Notes: generated by a model from the sequence alone, not told the origin. DNA of 64,000 bases from Botryllus schlosseri (GCA_051294905.1 CM119375.1:7378001-7442000); one strand, 5' to 3'. Positions 28,801-43,800 are shown, numbered from the stretch's first letter. Translations and numbers: made by a program.

Positions 28801-31800
28801 GCATGTATCGATGCGAGGCGTCCGACGGAGAGAAAAGCGTGCACACGGAGGCCACTCTCAAAGTGTCATTCAGTGAGTTCGCATGTTTAGGAAGTATTAG
28901 GTAGGGATGGTGTGAACTAGAGGTTCACGTTCGCGTTCTGTGTGTGAACCTCGGAAATTTAGAGGTTCACGTTCACAAACGAGCCTTGGTAGGTTCTGCA
29001 CTGTGAACCTTTGTCATATATTGTAATTTCCACTTCATTATAAGATCTTTCGTTAAATGTTATAGCATTACAACTACGGGCCGTTATATGCATGACGCTG
29101 GCAGCATAAAAATCAACACTAAACGAGCATGCACCTTGAAAATCAAAAAAAATTACTTACGTTGTTACGCAAGTTTGCTCGAATATTTAGTGACTCCCTG
29201 TTGTGAGCTTGACCCGCAATCACACAACATCAAGAGCGAAATACACTACATGTAGGTAGTCAGCGAATGATGCTTACTTAACCAATCAACCATAAAAACC
29301 GAATCCGTGCGATTGGGGTGTTGGCTACTGCTGTATAACTTGTTAATTGGGTAATATCGTTTACAAATATGGAAACCCGTTTAACACTTCGCTCAACATC
29401 AACGTGGCAACACTCAGACGCCGAATACATTGTCCGGTCTGGCCTGGACTGTTAAGGCGTAATCTTATATTTCCTTGGAAGTCCCTGTCGAAACTGTAGG
29501 CAAAGCGACGGAAGATGTTGACTTTATGGGATTATTATATCATTTGATTGCCTCAGTTGATACATTTGGCGACGTTCAAAACGTCAATATGTACTTCAGC
29601 ATTGTGGAATTATGTGGGCCGGGACGTCGCTAGGTATCGTGTACATTAATATAGGCTATCACCTCACTAAAATGTAGGGTATGAATTAGCAATATGACGT
29701 CAAGTGACGTCATGAGGTTCACGTTCGCGTTCACACAGAACCTTTCAAAAAGGTTCGCGTTCACACGAACCAGAACCTTTCAGAGGTTCACACCATCCCT
29801 AGTTTAGGCACATAGTTGGCCAGTTACGAAGTAGCTCTACTTTTTAGTAGTCATTAAGGTTTTGCCTGATTGTACTACTTATATGTTTTTTTACTCCACA
29901 TGTACTTAACAGTTTAAGACAAAGCTATACATGCCCTTGAATTTTGTAGAGTAGATCAAAAACTAAGGACTCCTAAAATCTCTCAGCAGTTTAACTGCGA
30001 AATTTGTATACTGACGACGAAAAAAGTCACCACTTTCACCCAGCCGTAACTGCCTACCTGACTGTTCACGGAATATTTGGGAAGCTGATTTGCTAAGAAA
30101 AAAAGTTATCATTTTCGCCCAATCGTAGTCACGACCCCGTTGACATCTGGTCTAGTTGAATTCTTCGATAGTGTAACTATTTGGAGCTGTAGTGGAGACT
30201 GAAAATGGACACAACGCAAAAATCAGGAGCAATGTAGATGTTGTTATATATAACACACATTGAAATATGTCAGATTTTATACATACGGGCCATATTCTGT
30301 GGCATTCTATGTTATTATAGTCATTACTCATTAAGTGATGTGAAATCGAATGTGTAAAATTTATTCTCGAGATAGATTTTATACACTTTATCAACGCCTA
30401 TGTGTCGTAAAGCGATTCGTCTAAATTGCCCGTCGCTTACAAAATACTTGGTCCGAAGGACAGGGTCAAGCGATCGCCCACTTGTATATCCATCATTTTG
30501 AACAATCGCCAAACTTTTCCGTACCCCACCCTTCACATCCGAAGCCAGAAAGTTCTGTGTTTTCACCGAGAATAATAACATTGTTTGATTGTTAGGCGTG
30601 CTATAGGCTGCCGTTTACTATTATCGTGACAAGCCCAGTTTGACGGTGTCCCGCTGAGTTTGAACAGTCGCTTGTTTCGTTGTGTGATTGATATCGCGCT
30701 TCGCACGCGGCGTGGAGAGCTTCGAACGTGCTGGAATTTGGCGTATTTTTCCGAAGTGTAACCTTCGCCAGCGTGTCACCTGTTCCCGAATTTTCTGGTA
30801 GGCTTTGGTGTAGGTTTAGTCGCTATCAGCAACATACATAAACTGTGTGACCTGTGACGTAGTAAGTTGACTATTCTTTACCGGATACTACCGGTAGATC
30901 AAGAGCACCGAAAACTTCCCTAATGGCACGTTTTGTGATAGGTATGGCTTAGCCATGGACAATTTCTCTCAACCCTTGTAACCTTAATATGTACTTTTGT
31001 CGATGTAGTGCCAATTTTGCTGAAAAATCATTTTGGGACAACATTTACCGTACGATGTAGACATGGAATATATCACCGCACCAAGGTATAAAATCGGAAG
31101 TGACGATGCATGTCGGTATTTCAATGTGGCGTCACAATGATACCCGAATGGCCACCATAGTCTGCAAAGTATGTGCTGCGAATCTTGTTCGGATTTTGGA
31201 AAAGAACTGTTTAAATATTTAAAATCGGGCATGCATTGTTGCATACTAATATACGCTACTTAAAAACGCGCTAACTGCTTCAATAGCAAATAAACATATG
31301 TAGGATGCAGTGATGAATGATCTAAACGCCGAAAAATGATATTCATCGACGATCCACCTCGTGATTTTTTGGTGTGTTGTGGCAGTAACTATGTAGCAAA
31401 ATACAGCTTTCTCATATCAATTCATATTGTATCAGTATTAGTCCGCATAACGGAATATCGTTATAAATTTAACCGTACTATTTACACTCCGCGCCGTCGT
31501 TTAAACCGTATATATTGGTTAATCCATCTGGAAGCAATAAATCAAGCAATTATTTTGCAGAACAAGAACAGTTACATATTTAGGAAACGAACCGTTTTTC
31601 AAAATGCTGTTTATCACAAAAATAGATGAGGTGTGGCCATCTGCTGCCCAATCCTATTCAATGACCAGTAGAAAAGAAATCAAAATCATAATATTTTACT
31701 GTTGTTTGCATCTTCATGGCTAAATGTGAACATGGCTATTCTGTGTTGATTGGAATTAAAACTTATAACCAGGGTTGCCATACCGTCCTTATTTCTAAGA

Positions 31801-34800
31801 TTTGTCCTTATTTTGAAGGGCTACGTCTTAGAAAACTCAACTGTCCTTATTTCTAAGAAATGTCCTTATTTTGGACTTGCGTCCTTATTTTGTCTTATTT
31901 TCAACCACTACAGAACTTTGATCGTTTCCCCTAGTATTTGTGTTGCATAATATTCATAAATTATGCTTTTGCGTCGAGATTCTATGACATCATAAAGGAA
32001 AGGAACTCTCGTGACGTACACACCATAAAATTTGACTTATAAGTGGTGAGATAGCTCGGGCCGTGAGTGGTTTCGTCTGTGCCAAGCTACCACGGCGGAC
32101 GTCATTTTAGCAGTAAACAGCAGTACCAGGTTCCTGCTGTTTGGTCTACAGCAGGATAAGCTCAAGCTGTCGGGAAGGCAGCATTTATTGCGTAGTGAAA
32201 AAAGGCGCAGTGCAGTCGACACATTGGTTAAAAAGTAGTAAATCTATTAATTATTGATAAATTTTTCTAAATTATATTGCACTTGCGCACATAGTTTTAG
32301 CTACTAATAAGGTTAAATCTGACTAGTTAAAATGAGCAGGCGTAAAAACGTTTTTCGTGACAATTATGAGAGAGAATTCAAAGGTATCTAACGAAGTTTG
32401 AAGGACGAGTGTTTCGCACATAGCAATATCTGCAATTGTGACATTAGCCTTGGAGGCCATAGGAACGACCGCTATTTCAACTCACATTGACACCCCAAAA
32501 CACAAGTAGTGTGTCATAATGATTAATTTGAGCCAGTCGAAAAATAATTTTTCCACAAGTCGATCAGCACCAACGACCACAGACGACGAGGCAGTTACTG
32601 CAGAGGGTAACTGGGCACTACATACCGTCAAACACCAGCAATCATTCCTCACCAATGATTGCACATCGCAATTGTTCAAAGCAATATTCCCCGATTCAAA
32701 CATCGCAAATAAGTTTTATTCTAAACATGGTGTACGGCCTTTTTCCATCTTGGTTGACGCCTCTAATCACAACGAGGTGAAAATTTTGGTTTATCACCCT
32801 ATGGGGAGGGGGGGGGCAAGACCAACGTTTTTTGGGAAGGGGGGCTGACGAAGTGCTGATTCGGCCCTGAGTAAAGGTAAATCTAGACATTAGCTCTTGT
32901 GAGATCCATCAAGCACTTTCTAATAACAAGGAGTTGCTGGAGCAGGTTGTTGCTGGCGAAAAGTATGGGATGTGGTATGCCACGGCTCGTATAAATACAA
33001 AGTATGTTCAAAAACGTGTTTTCATGCTAATCTAATTTTTCGACTGTCCTTATTTTTGGGTCTATGTCGATGGCAACCCTGCTTATAACGATAGCGATTG
33101 CTCGGAATTGACAGCATGCGGGTATCTTTATCAACAACGCAACCTTGCTTCAGTCGTAATGTTGGGATAAAAGATGGCATTAAACGTGAACCAATATCTC
33201 TTCTATTGTAATTGCTCTGCGTGCGTTCGCCAATTCTTCTAGTGTGCTACAAGCTCAAAAGTATGGGAGCCATCTACCCTGGGCGTTTCTGGAGAAATCT
33301 CAATCGTGTTTGCTATTCTGTCGATCGCGCGATGTAATTCGCTGTTCCTTTTCCGCTAAATCCCGGAAATACACCAGAATTCGTTTTATCTGTAGTAGCG
33401 AGGTCACAAATTACTGTGATTAAGTGTGCGAGTGGTTATTACGCGCGCTGCCATAAGAACGCAAAATGTCCGGAAGGTAGGCGACGGAAAGCAAATAATT
33501 ACAGTCGATATATCGCCGATACTGTGACTAACGCGTAACTTATAAATTCTCTGAGTGAAGGCCTACCTTTAATTGCGTAAATGTATACGTTATGTTGCGA
33601 AACAAAACAACACACAAGCTATCTTCAAGCTGTCACTCGTGATGGAAGGTAGTATTCCCTGCTTTAGGTTATGTGCTTGTAATGACATGAAATAGATATA
33701 TCACAAGTCATGTACGAAGTCAACGAAGACAGTATTATGGTGCAAGAATGTGCTTATTAGCGGGCTAATGGCGATATCTAATAGTCTAATGTAGACGATT
33801 CTTGAAACCCAGCATATCGTCCTGCAAGTACGCATCAGACCACGGGCTACGGTATTCGTTCTTACTGTACTGTACAATGCACAAATTGAACATAGTTACA
33901 GATACTTCATATTGTTGCTTCATTCACTAAAATATTTTTGACTGACATTTCGAATTTGATTCACCGTATTACTGACATCCGCTGCTGATGAGAGTCTGCC
34001 GAAAAGCTTTTAGTGAAGAATCTGAAGATACTACCAATATCTAGTTATTGCTTCATGTAATTCTGATGTTTTGTACCCCAAATGGCTTGTTTAAATTGGA
34101 CGTACATGACCTCCCTCAAAACAGCATCGTAAAAGGCAATAAATTTACCATTGTCTCGAAGTTTGTTCACTGTTCAGCGAACCGTGTAGACGGAATGATC
34201 TTGTAATCATTTTCGGTTGCCCCAGATTAACTCTTCGCTCTTCACCGATTCTGGTCACGTTTCCAGGATTGGATGAGTATGAGTACACAAGACTGCCTGA
34301 TCGGTTCATGAGTCTTTTGTTTTACCAAAATATACGCTATTACTAACAATCGCTGACGTCCGAAAGTATGAAGTTGTTACACCAGGGTGCTGCCTCTATA
34401 CTGTGTATGCTACTTTGAAGCAAAAACTGCTATTTCATAACGCCAGTTTAAATAATTCATTCGTAACTTTGTGATGCCGTTGGCTTATGGAGGAGCATCA
34501 TTGTAAGTAGAGTATGGTCGACTTGGTCGTCTATGACTTTTCCCGAAATTTCTGACAGAAGACGTTGCTAAAGTGTCGGACATTTACCCGTTTTGTTTCA
34601 GAACGGATAGCGTCACAGTCCCAATACGAGGTCACAAAGTCATAAATCCCTTTCAATTTGTCATAGTCCGGTTTTTCGTTTTTCGTATGCTGTGATACGA
34701 CATATCGAGGTTTGCAGCCTTCCGCAGTGGAAAATACTATCGAACCTATCATTTTCGTTGATAAATTATCTCTTAGTGGCAAGGTGCAGCAATCGAATCA

Positions 34801-37800
34801 TTGTCCCCAGCCGTACTGATGACTGCACTGATGTGTCACGCGAGCCAACACCCACTAAACCGCTGACCTGTTACTCGTGTTGTATTAGGCGTTAAACGTT
34901 CCAATTTAATTAACCGATACAACCGCAAACACACATCTGTCAAATTGTCGACAGCTTTCACCTCCACCGACGACGGCCATCTCCCGGGAGCCGTGCCGTA
35001 TCGCATCGAAAAATGCGCCAGTCTCGTGGAAATTTAGGGCGCCTGCTGCAGCAGCTGTCGTTGTAGAATGTAGAGTCCCTGCAAGCCACACTATTGAACT
35101 ATGACTGCGATGGTGTCTGAGGCGAATGATATTGCGATGAGTCAAGTCGTATTGGATTTCGCGACTCGCGCATGCGTAATCGTGATTGCAGTAGTTGTAG
35201 TCTCTTGCGATGTGATTGTTGCAGCCTACTGGTGTTACTTTCCATGAATTTCCCGTCAATTATAACAGGGCGGTCTGATGACAATTTAGGAATGCCTTTA
35301 TCTCAAGTGTTTTCAAATATCTGATTTCCTCACTGTGTTGGGAGTTGTCTTATCCAACAGTCCAACGTTAGTGATGTTGACATACTAAGGTCAAAGCGGC
35401 AGGCAAATCGTGATATTCAGAAAGAAATGGCCAAAACTACATCCGTCACAGTAATGACTTTCGTATAAATATGAAGTCACACTCATATTAGCCCAAGTCC
35501 ATTCCGGGCCACTCCGAAATTGACACTGGTCTAGAACCTCTGTCCTATATACGTGGAAAAGGATCTTACTTACTCTCTTATGGCACTTTGGAAATGGGCA
35601 TTATAAAGAACCTCTCGTTATAGGTAAGGTAATTTACCAACGCACGTCTACGGTCATTAGTATTAGATACACTTGACGCCATTACGCATGTATCCTATAT
35701 ACGCTGCACACAACGAAGCATATTTTCTGGCATTCTGTCGCATACGATATTGCTCGCTGGACACGTCACTGCACGTTAATATCTTGTGGCAGAGTCTTTT
35801 AGCGGTCCTTTCATCATGGTGGGGAGGGCTACAATTTCCAGCCTCTATATGTTGCTTTTAGACGGATCCACTTTTCAACGCGGCTTCATAGAACATCAAA
35901 TCATTGTACTGCATAATTTAGGCGATGGGATAAGGGAATGTAATGCGGTCATTTTTTGATCAAACGAGAATGCCGCTCCTTCACGCGAAGTCTTGCGTAT
36001 TTCCATTAAGAAGGGGATGGTGTGAGTAAGACACGGAACATCCATCAAGGTCATTAAGCATTAATTAATGCGGAGTGTAGAATAATTTATATTGTAAACA
36101 GTACCGGATTAACTTACCTATAACTTGAAAATTGGACAAGTGGTGACTGATATTCATGAATATCGTATGCGATGCGTTCATCAGTTTTAACGTTTAAGCT
36201 CTCGTGCGCCAGGTTGATTGTACGTCCGGGCCTGCCTGGGGAATATGCGAGTACAATGAAATATTGATGATGCAGTACTATCGACATTCGCTATTGTTTC
36301 TAAATGCATTGGCGCATACAGTACTATAGCATACATATGTTAGCCTCGAATCTGGATCTTCCGTTGAAAAACTTCATGATTCGTTACGTGTTCGCTACAT
36401 CTCCAATGTCAGGGATGTGAAATAATAATCCATGCTGGTGTCAATAGTCTGACTAATATTTAAAACACTGCACGGCGAATGCAGATGAATACTGAACAAA
36501 TGGGGCACGGCGGACTGGTCTGTTCGAAGTATCCCTTGGTTATCAACACTGCTGCATTATTTCCAAATTAATCGGCGTGGTGATGTCCCGATTATTATTC
36601 AAACGGATTGTTGATCGCAGGCAACTATAGTTAATTCCAGTTGCTTATTAAGACTAATTAGAGCGAAACATCGGTAGTTCCAATGCTAATCTAATTAGTG
36701 AAATGCTTCTTTGCTCTAAAGTTAATTCAAATGCTAATTTCTGGTTTTCCTGAAATTGCTACATACTGTGTATAGTGCGAAACGAGTCAAGCTTGCTGTA
36801 CAGAATTTGCTACTGTCGGGCTTACGAGAATTAACTCTAATTGGAACTAAACTTCATTCAATGCGCAAGTTTTCGCGAATTCAGTAATTCTAATTTTCAT
36901 CTACTTCGAAAATAAACTGAGTAGCTATAATTCTAATTCTAATCTAATCCGGAAAAGTGTGGTTAGAATTATAATTCTAGACTTGTTTGGAAACACTGTG
37001 CAGTTATAATTTTAATTCTAATCGAATTTGGAAAAGCTGAAATATTCTCGGCTGGCCCTAAAAGTATTGATACAATCTTCCTGCCATATTGTCCAGTGTA
37101 TCTGACAGTGCCGCGCAGATGTTATCCGAACAAGCCTCCCTGTGTAAATGTTTACAATAACATTAGCGCGTTTCTAAAGCCCTTCAGCTGCCGTAAATGT
37201 GTTCACGAATCACAAAATTAACAGAATAAAACCCAACCAAAAACTCTTTCGACCACGGCGTAACGTGAATCACCTCTGAATAATGATGGTTCAGTTACTG
37301 TTGATTACTCGTTGATTTGCTATTTACCGTAACAACAACAGGTAAATCTCCGATTGATAAGCATCACAAATGATTGTCAGGCGTCTATATTGTCTTGAAA
37401 TACGACTTCGGAACATGAAAACCAACACGTTCATTGGTGACGGGTGTTTTTTTGCGTAATCCAACTGAAGAGGTCGAACTTCCACGTGAATTAGACTGTG
37501 GCACTGGACGGGTACGTAATGTAGATTAGAGCCCGACCGATTATCGGTTTGCCGATAATATCGAGTCGATATTACACTTTGAAAGAATTATCGGTATCGG
37601 CCATTGAAGCTGATAAAATATCGGCTATTTTCATGACGTCACAACATGATGGTAGGAAGTCGGTGAACTATAATTCTTGACCGCTAGACTTGGAATATTG
37701 CTATATTTCGTACAGCTTACACTTTCAAAGTGCCCAGATGCATCCTTTCTAGTCTATTTCATGTTCAAGTATGACAATGGCTGTAAAGTTGTTGAAATAA

Positions 37801-40800
37801 AGGCTCTGAAGTTTTGAAAATGCGCCTTTTGAGGTAGATTCCCCTTTATTTGAATATCGGCTGAATATATCGGTGTTATCGGTGAAGATGTCAGATATCG
37901 GTTTTATCGGTATCGGCCCAAAAATCCAATATCGGTCGGGCTCTAATGTAGATGTGGCGCAATGAAGTGAAGTTGCCGGGCCCAATTACGAAAATTCGTA
38001 TCTGGAATCAGTGGCATAGAATATCGCGATATCTTGTATGGAGTGATCAAGGACTAATGCCACGGGTACAGGTAAAAATTACATTATGTTTCTCGAAGAA
38101 GTTAGGCTGTTCGCCTTGTTAACCTACAACTACACACGCTCTTCTCGCGATTCTATGAGACAGTCCTGGAAATATGACTTCATATTGAGTAATGTGCGGC
38201 TTGGATGTATGATTAATCCGTCTACCGGCAACGTAAACCATCCCTAATGCCGTTAGCTGGTATTAGCATCCTGAGCGCAGCGAATTTGATAGGAATTTGA
38301 ATGGAAGTCGCAGACGATCTCACGTCAGGCGCCGGGCTGGAGACATTTCAACTTCTGAGTACCTTTAGTTGTTTACAGCTTTAAGACGCGGACGGCTGTT
38401 TAGCGGTCAGAAACGGGCCTCTTTCAAGTCTGGAAGACTTGTGGCTTAACTAAGGACTAGTTGGTGCGCGAGACTGGATCGCGGATCGCGCAATTTCGTC
38501 AGATATGCCCGCGGGCTGTTTTATCTTGACGGAAAAGTATAATAAAACGGCGTTTGATGCGATTTAAAAGGTGTTAGGTTCCATGATTAGACGCGTGGTT
38601 TGTTTTGAGCAACGTTCAAAGCTTCGCGCCGGCGAGTTTAGAATCAAAAGATAACCGCTTTCGTTCTGCTGCCACCGAGCCGCCAAGGGGTGCGAGAAAG
38701 GTTATGTAATATTCTTATGATAAACTAGCTGCCATCGTAAACATTCAACACCCGATTTCATTTGAGGTCATATTCAATTGAGATATTTACACTCGAGCAT
38801 GGTATACGCAATGAAAAACAACAGTTGAACGTGCGACTTTTTCACCCCAAAACGAACCCTAACGCCAACCATAACCCCCAAATCGATAACCTAACATAAC
38901 CCTAAGTCTAACCCTCAAGTGTATACTTGCTTAGGTGTCATATGCTTATATGTCTAGTCCACGGACGATTTACAACTAGGGATTACTATGAGTGGTGTGA
39001 AATCTTGCTGTATTCATCATATACGTATCAATTGCAGATAATATCACCGACTTTTATCAATAAGCTTGTTACCACCCATTCTATCCTAACCGCTGGTGTA
39101 TGGTTTAATGTTTAATACCTTAACGGTTTTACGCAGTTGCCTAATCTCAAACTTGTATTTGTATTTCTCGGTATAGGTCTGTGAACCTCTCGCACCGATA
39201 CTAGATATCAAATTTCCTTATTAAGTTTGGTGTAAGCTACTTACGGAGTTAATCTTACTTGGGCTAATACGGCGTGAGCTAACGCTCGTGGGTGTGATGT
39301 GGTTCTCTGGGACGTTACAGTATCGGGGATATCACGTTTGCTTTCATGGTTTATCCGGGCCTGTACCAACGGATTATACACGCGCGTTGTAGCAGACCGT
39401 ACTGTAAAACTTGGGCATCTCTTACATCCGTTGTGAAAACACGCGGCACTTACGGGACACGCGATTGCCAAGTTGTAGATGTTGCGTAAACACGCCCGCG
39501 CGGAATTAGCTTGAAAATGGACACCGAAAAAGTTTCAAAGCTTTTTACGGGTTACGATACCGGCCGTACGTAAAACAACAATCGGGATCACTCATAATTT
39601 CGAACACTAGACACAAGCTATAAGCTCAAACGACTTAAAATAAATGAACACGTGCACGCTGGCCTTTTCAAAGACGGCAGACTCACGACCGTGTCAGGAA
39701 CGAACCTCTTTTCCAAACTGACTCAGTGTTACGACAAACGCAGAGGTGGTCAGATTAGTCAGGTTTAAGTAGAACTCGTGCCGTAAATTTCGATTCAATT
39801 AACAATAGAGGTATATAGCCATCTTCAAAGCGCGACAAACTTACTGTAGCAAATGAGGGGGCTTTAAACTGCTGAAGTGGGTAGCTTGAAAAATAGACTA
39901 TGCCAAGGCGTGGCATAGCTGTACTATAGCAAAGCGATGGGGGCAGATTTTCCAAATTGCAAGCTACATCTTCACCACAGAAGCAGTTAATTGTGTCGCG
40001 AGCAGGTGCAGTCGCAAATCACATTCTCTTTGCTTGTCACACGGACTGCATTGCCCAGTGAACGCACACAGTGAGACCATGCAAATTTACTTAGCACTTT
40101 ACAGTACGATACAATTTGTAAATTTCGAAAAGTAAAAATGTGGTGGTTGTACTTAAAACAGATGAAATATCACCGCTTGATCAAGTGTGATATGTAGACT
40201 AAATCTACTTTGGCCTAAAAAAGCCATGAAAATGATTCGTCATGTGACTCTATAATTTATTACTTATCAATCACCCGTCTTGTATAGTCCTATTCGTCAA
40301 CATCATTAGAGCTCAACTGATGCCTGCAATATAGTATGTATAGTGTGTACGCTTCTACACACAATAGCAAACCAGGGCTGTATAGTAAGGGATAGTGAAA
40401 CCAAGAATATTTTTAGATGATATCGAATTGCGACATACAAACGTACACCTTGAATACATAGGTGTAAAATAGTTGTAGTTACCCTACTCCCATTGCGTAT
40501 AGGTTGAAAATCTAGTCCTCGTCACTATTTGGTAGTAAATTCCGCTTCCAACCCATTCAAATCGGCGCAAACGAGTCAAAAACACTGTGCCGTATGGAAA
40601 TATATCCCAGTTGTGTAGAGGGTTTTGATTTTTTTCGCCTTCTTGGGGCGTACAAGAACAGAACCCACTACACCCCTGGGATGTATCTTCGTCTGAAATT
40701 GTAAATGTGACTGATTTACACCCACGAGAACGGGTGCGGGTGTGGGTGCCCGGGTGCCCACGGAAAGAGCTGACGACTTCATTTACAACTTACCGTAAGG

Positions 40801-43800
40801 TGGAAATCGTAATAGATTACACGATTTTCGCTTAAAGTGATCACTGATCATATTATCAGCCTACCAATAACAAATGTACCTTTACAGATAAACCACCACC
40901 ATCCGACGCAGACGACTTGGACAGGTGAGTCGCGTCGCACCATTCCCGCCGCTTGTCACGTGTCTACCCGCGCTTCTCCCATTTCAGAAACGCCTTCAAA
41001 GGAAAATGCGAGAAGTACACCGGCCAGACGTGCGCGAAATACCTGCGCAACAAGTACGTGTACCTTGAGTCGTTTCAGAAGCAGGAGGAGATCGACGCCA
41101 CTCTCGGCGACGTTTTGAAACTCATCGGTACGTATACATCGGATGTGAAAGTCGGATTTAAAAATGTTGACGCGAATCGCTTACGATATTCCTTCTATGT
41201 GTTTGAATTTGGATTAAAAAACAGGTGCGAAAATTTTGACCTGATTTTGAGCTACGGTTATCAGCACTCTGGACTTGGAATTTCAAAAAAGGATTCGCTT
41301 TTTTGCTGCTCTAGATTTGAAACTATACTTTGAAATTCTGAGAATATCGAATCCTCGTGTAATGTTTAATGTTGCATTGCAGTCAGGGCCGGATATGAAC
41401 ATGATGCGATATGAATTCGGGATTTGATTGAGCCTGAGGCTCCGAAAACACATTCGATCATTTCTGATCTCTAGCGTTGGAGTAAAATTCATTATTTCCT
41501 CCCTTGAGGACTTCCCCATCAATGTAACGACGAAATTTGGTGGATAATATTGGGATTTCGTACTCTGCTATATACAATGCAGCGGATGCAACTTATGCCC
41601 AAAACAACTTTCTGTAAACGGAAACGGTGTATTTCGCCGATTTCAACCACGGCGCAGGGTGCAAATCGGGTATATGTTACTCCCTGGTAGAAAAGTTTGC
41701 TTCAGGCCAATTCCAATGGAAAAAAATAGTCAAATACACCGTTTCGTATTGAGATATATCCCAGGGGCGAAGAGGGTTTTGTTTTCGTTTACCATCCTAA
41801 TTAGGAGCAAAAGGATGATTCATGTAAACAGAACCGACGGGGCTTACATCCCTAGGATATATCTTAATAAGAATTGCTGTGTTTGACTCATGCGAAAGCA
41901 AAATTTGGTACCAAGAGATTTTGATCGCCTGATTTGCATCTTACTCTATGGTGGAAAAACCTATTTGGAACCACTGAATCTACAGTTCATGATTCCATCC
42001 GCTCGTATCTTACTGGTTGCAGGTAACGAAGAACACGTACCGAAGAGCTGCGCAAAGTACGCGAGTCCCGCCTTCTGCCATTACGTGTTCCCGCTCTGCG
42101 ACATGGATTCGGATATCCGCGAGGACCCGGTCGCGATAAAGCTATGTCGGGAAGACTGCGAGCTGCTGCAGTACGGCGTGTGCGCGGAGGCCTTCCAGTC
42201 TCCCATGAAGTCCATTCAGGTTGGCAATCGTATTGTGAACTTAAGTTATCGTAGGCCCCGTGTGAACATTGATTAATAGTGGGACGGGAGAATTCGATTC
42301 TCTTACTAGATGCTAATCGAGTAGAATTAGGAAATTCCATAATGTTTATTATGAAGAGACTCTTGAAGGAACAGAACTTCAATATACTAATATATTATAT
42401 ACACTAATATGTCGATATTGAAATATAGCCGAATCTTTTCGCCTGACACTCGTCAGAGTAATAGTCAGCAACTAGTAGAGAATTGGAAAAAAACTTTGTA
42501 ATGTATACCACGAATCGTATCACAACATATGACGTCACCGACAGGACAATTCCAGTAATATGGCGTAAGCTTAATGCACTATTTGTAGATGATACGCGAA
42601 CCTCTTTTGTTGGCACAAACTAGGTTGGCGGAATTTGGTAAAAGTTCACTCCAAGGCGCATAAACGAAGAAAATCTGTCGCGTCGGTATTTATTTCGCGA
42701 ATAACCACCCGCCATTTCACAGGACGTGAGGAACAGCACAAAGTGCGAGAATCTGCCGCCGACCACCACCAGAGAACCGAAGTGCTCCCGGGTCGGTCTG
42801 GAGCGAGTCGTGGACAGGAGACACTCGTGCTACAACGGCACGGGCGAATCCTACAAGGGCGTTGCGGCTGTGGCGGAGGACGGGCAGTCGTGCAAGCCAT
42901 GGCCGGGCAACATGTTACAGGAGGTAAGGAGTCATTACAACAACCAGATGTCAAACAGAGGTGGTCAAATGAGTCATCTACATGGTAGGCCTACTCATCA
43001 ACTTCTACAACTATACTTAGATGACAATGATTACTATAGACTACTTATTTGATCACCCTGGCATCCATGAAGTATATATTCCCAAAAAGTAAAAGTACTT
43101 CGTTGCTGACCACCTCCACAAGAACGATCAATCTCAGCTGTTCAAGCTGAAATGTATCGATATCGTAAGACATTCCTATCCATGTCCGGCTGTAAATGCA
43201 TTGAATGTACATGGAAAGTACAAATTCATAGACTAAAACTTAGTGGTATATTTTTAAAGGACATAAGATGTAATATCTAACCGTGTTCTGCTATGTTACT
43301 AGTGGAAAATACAAACGGGAATAACACTTTCGCATACTGTCGAACAGTATTGACATTGAATTGAAATGCAATTTTCCGTTTACAGTATCCCTTTCTTTCC
43401 GGTGGTCACAACTTCTGCCGGAATCCCGGCAACGCGATGGACAAGCCGTGGTGTTTTGTAGACAGAAACAGAATCAACAAAGTCGCCTGCCAAGTGCAAC
43501 AGTGCAGTAAGTCGCTTTCGTAGGGAATAATAGCGACTTAACTAAGTCCCGTACTTTGCCAGTGTCACCCGGCGCCTCCACTGACCTTTTGGTGATAATA
43601 GTCCCGTGTCTCGGAGTGATGCTTTTGATCGGATGCATCGTGGTGGCTGTGTGCGTGGCGCGCAGGAAAAAACAACCCAGCAAGCAACATACTCCCGGTA
43701 AAAAGATAGAAATGGGGACTGTCGACTCTAAGAAGGTTAGATTATACTGCAGTACAATCCCGTGTTACAATTCTGAATTCCAGCGTTTCTCGTTTAGAAC

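Noticed and set aside
38855-38916. Telomere-like CCCTAAC motifs (also ~57955-57977)
   Set aside because: Short and degenerate; typical of TE internal sequence, not an interstitial telomere
42023-42028. Exon 8 (GTAACG) and exon 5 (GTACCA) also begin with GT
   Set aside because: Regenerated donors lack the +5 G and are weak; not called recursive sites
43784-43797. Alternative upstream acceptor (TTCCAG) for ROR exon 12
   Set aside because: Leads to TGA at 43802-43804; 43798 keeps the frame
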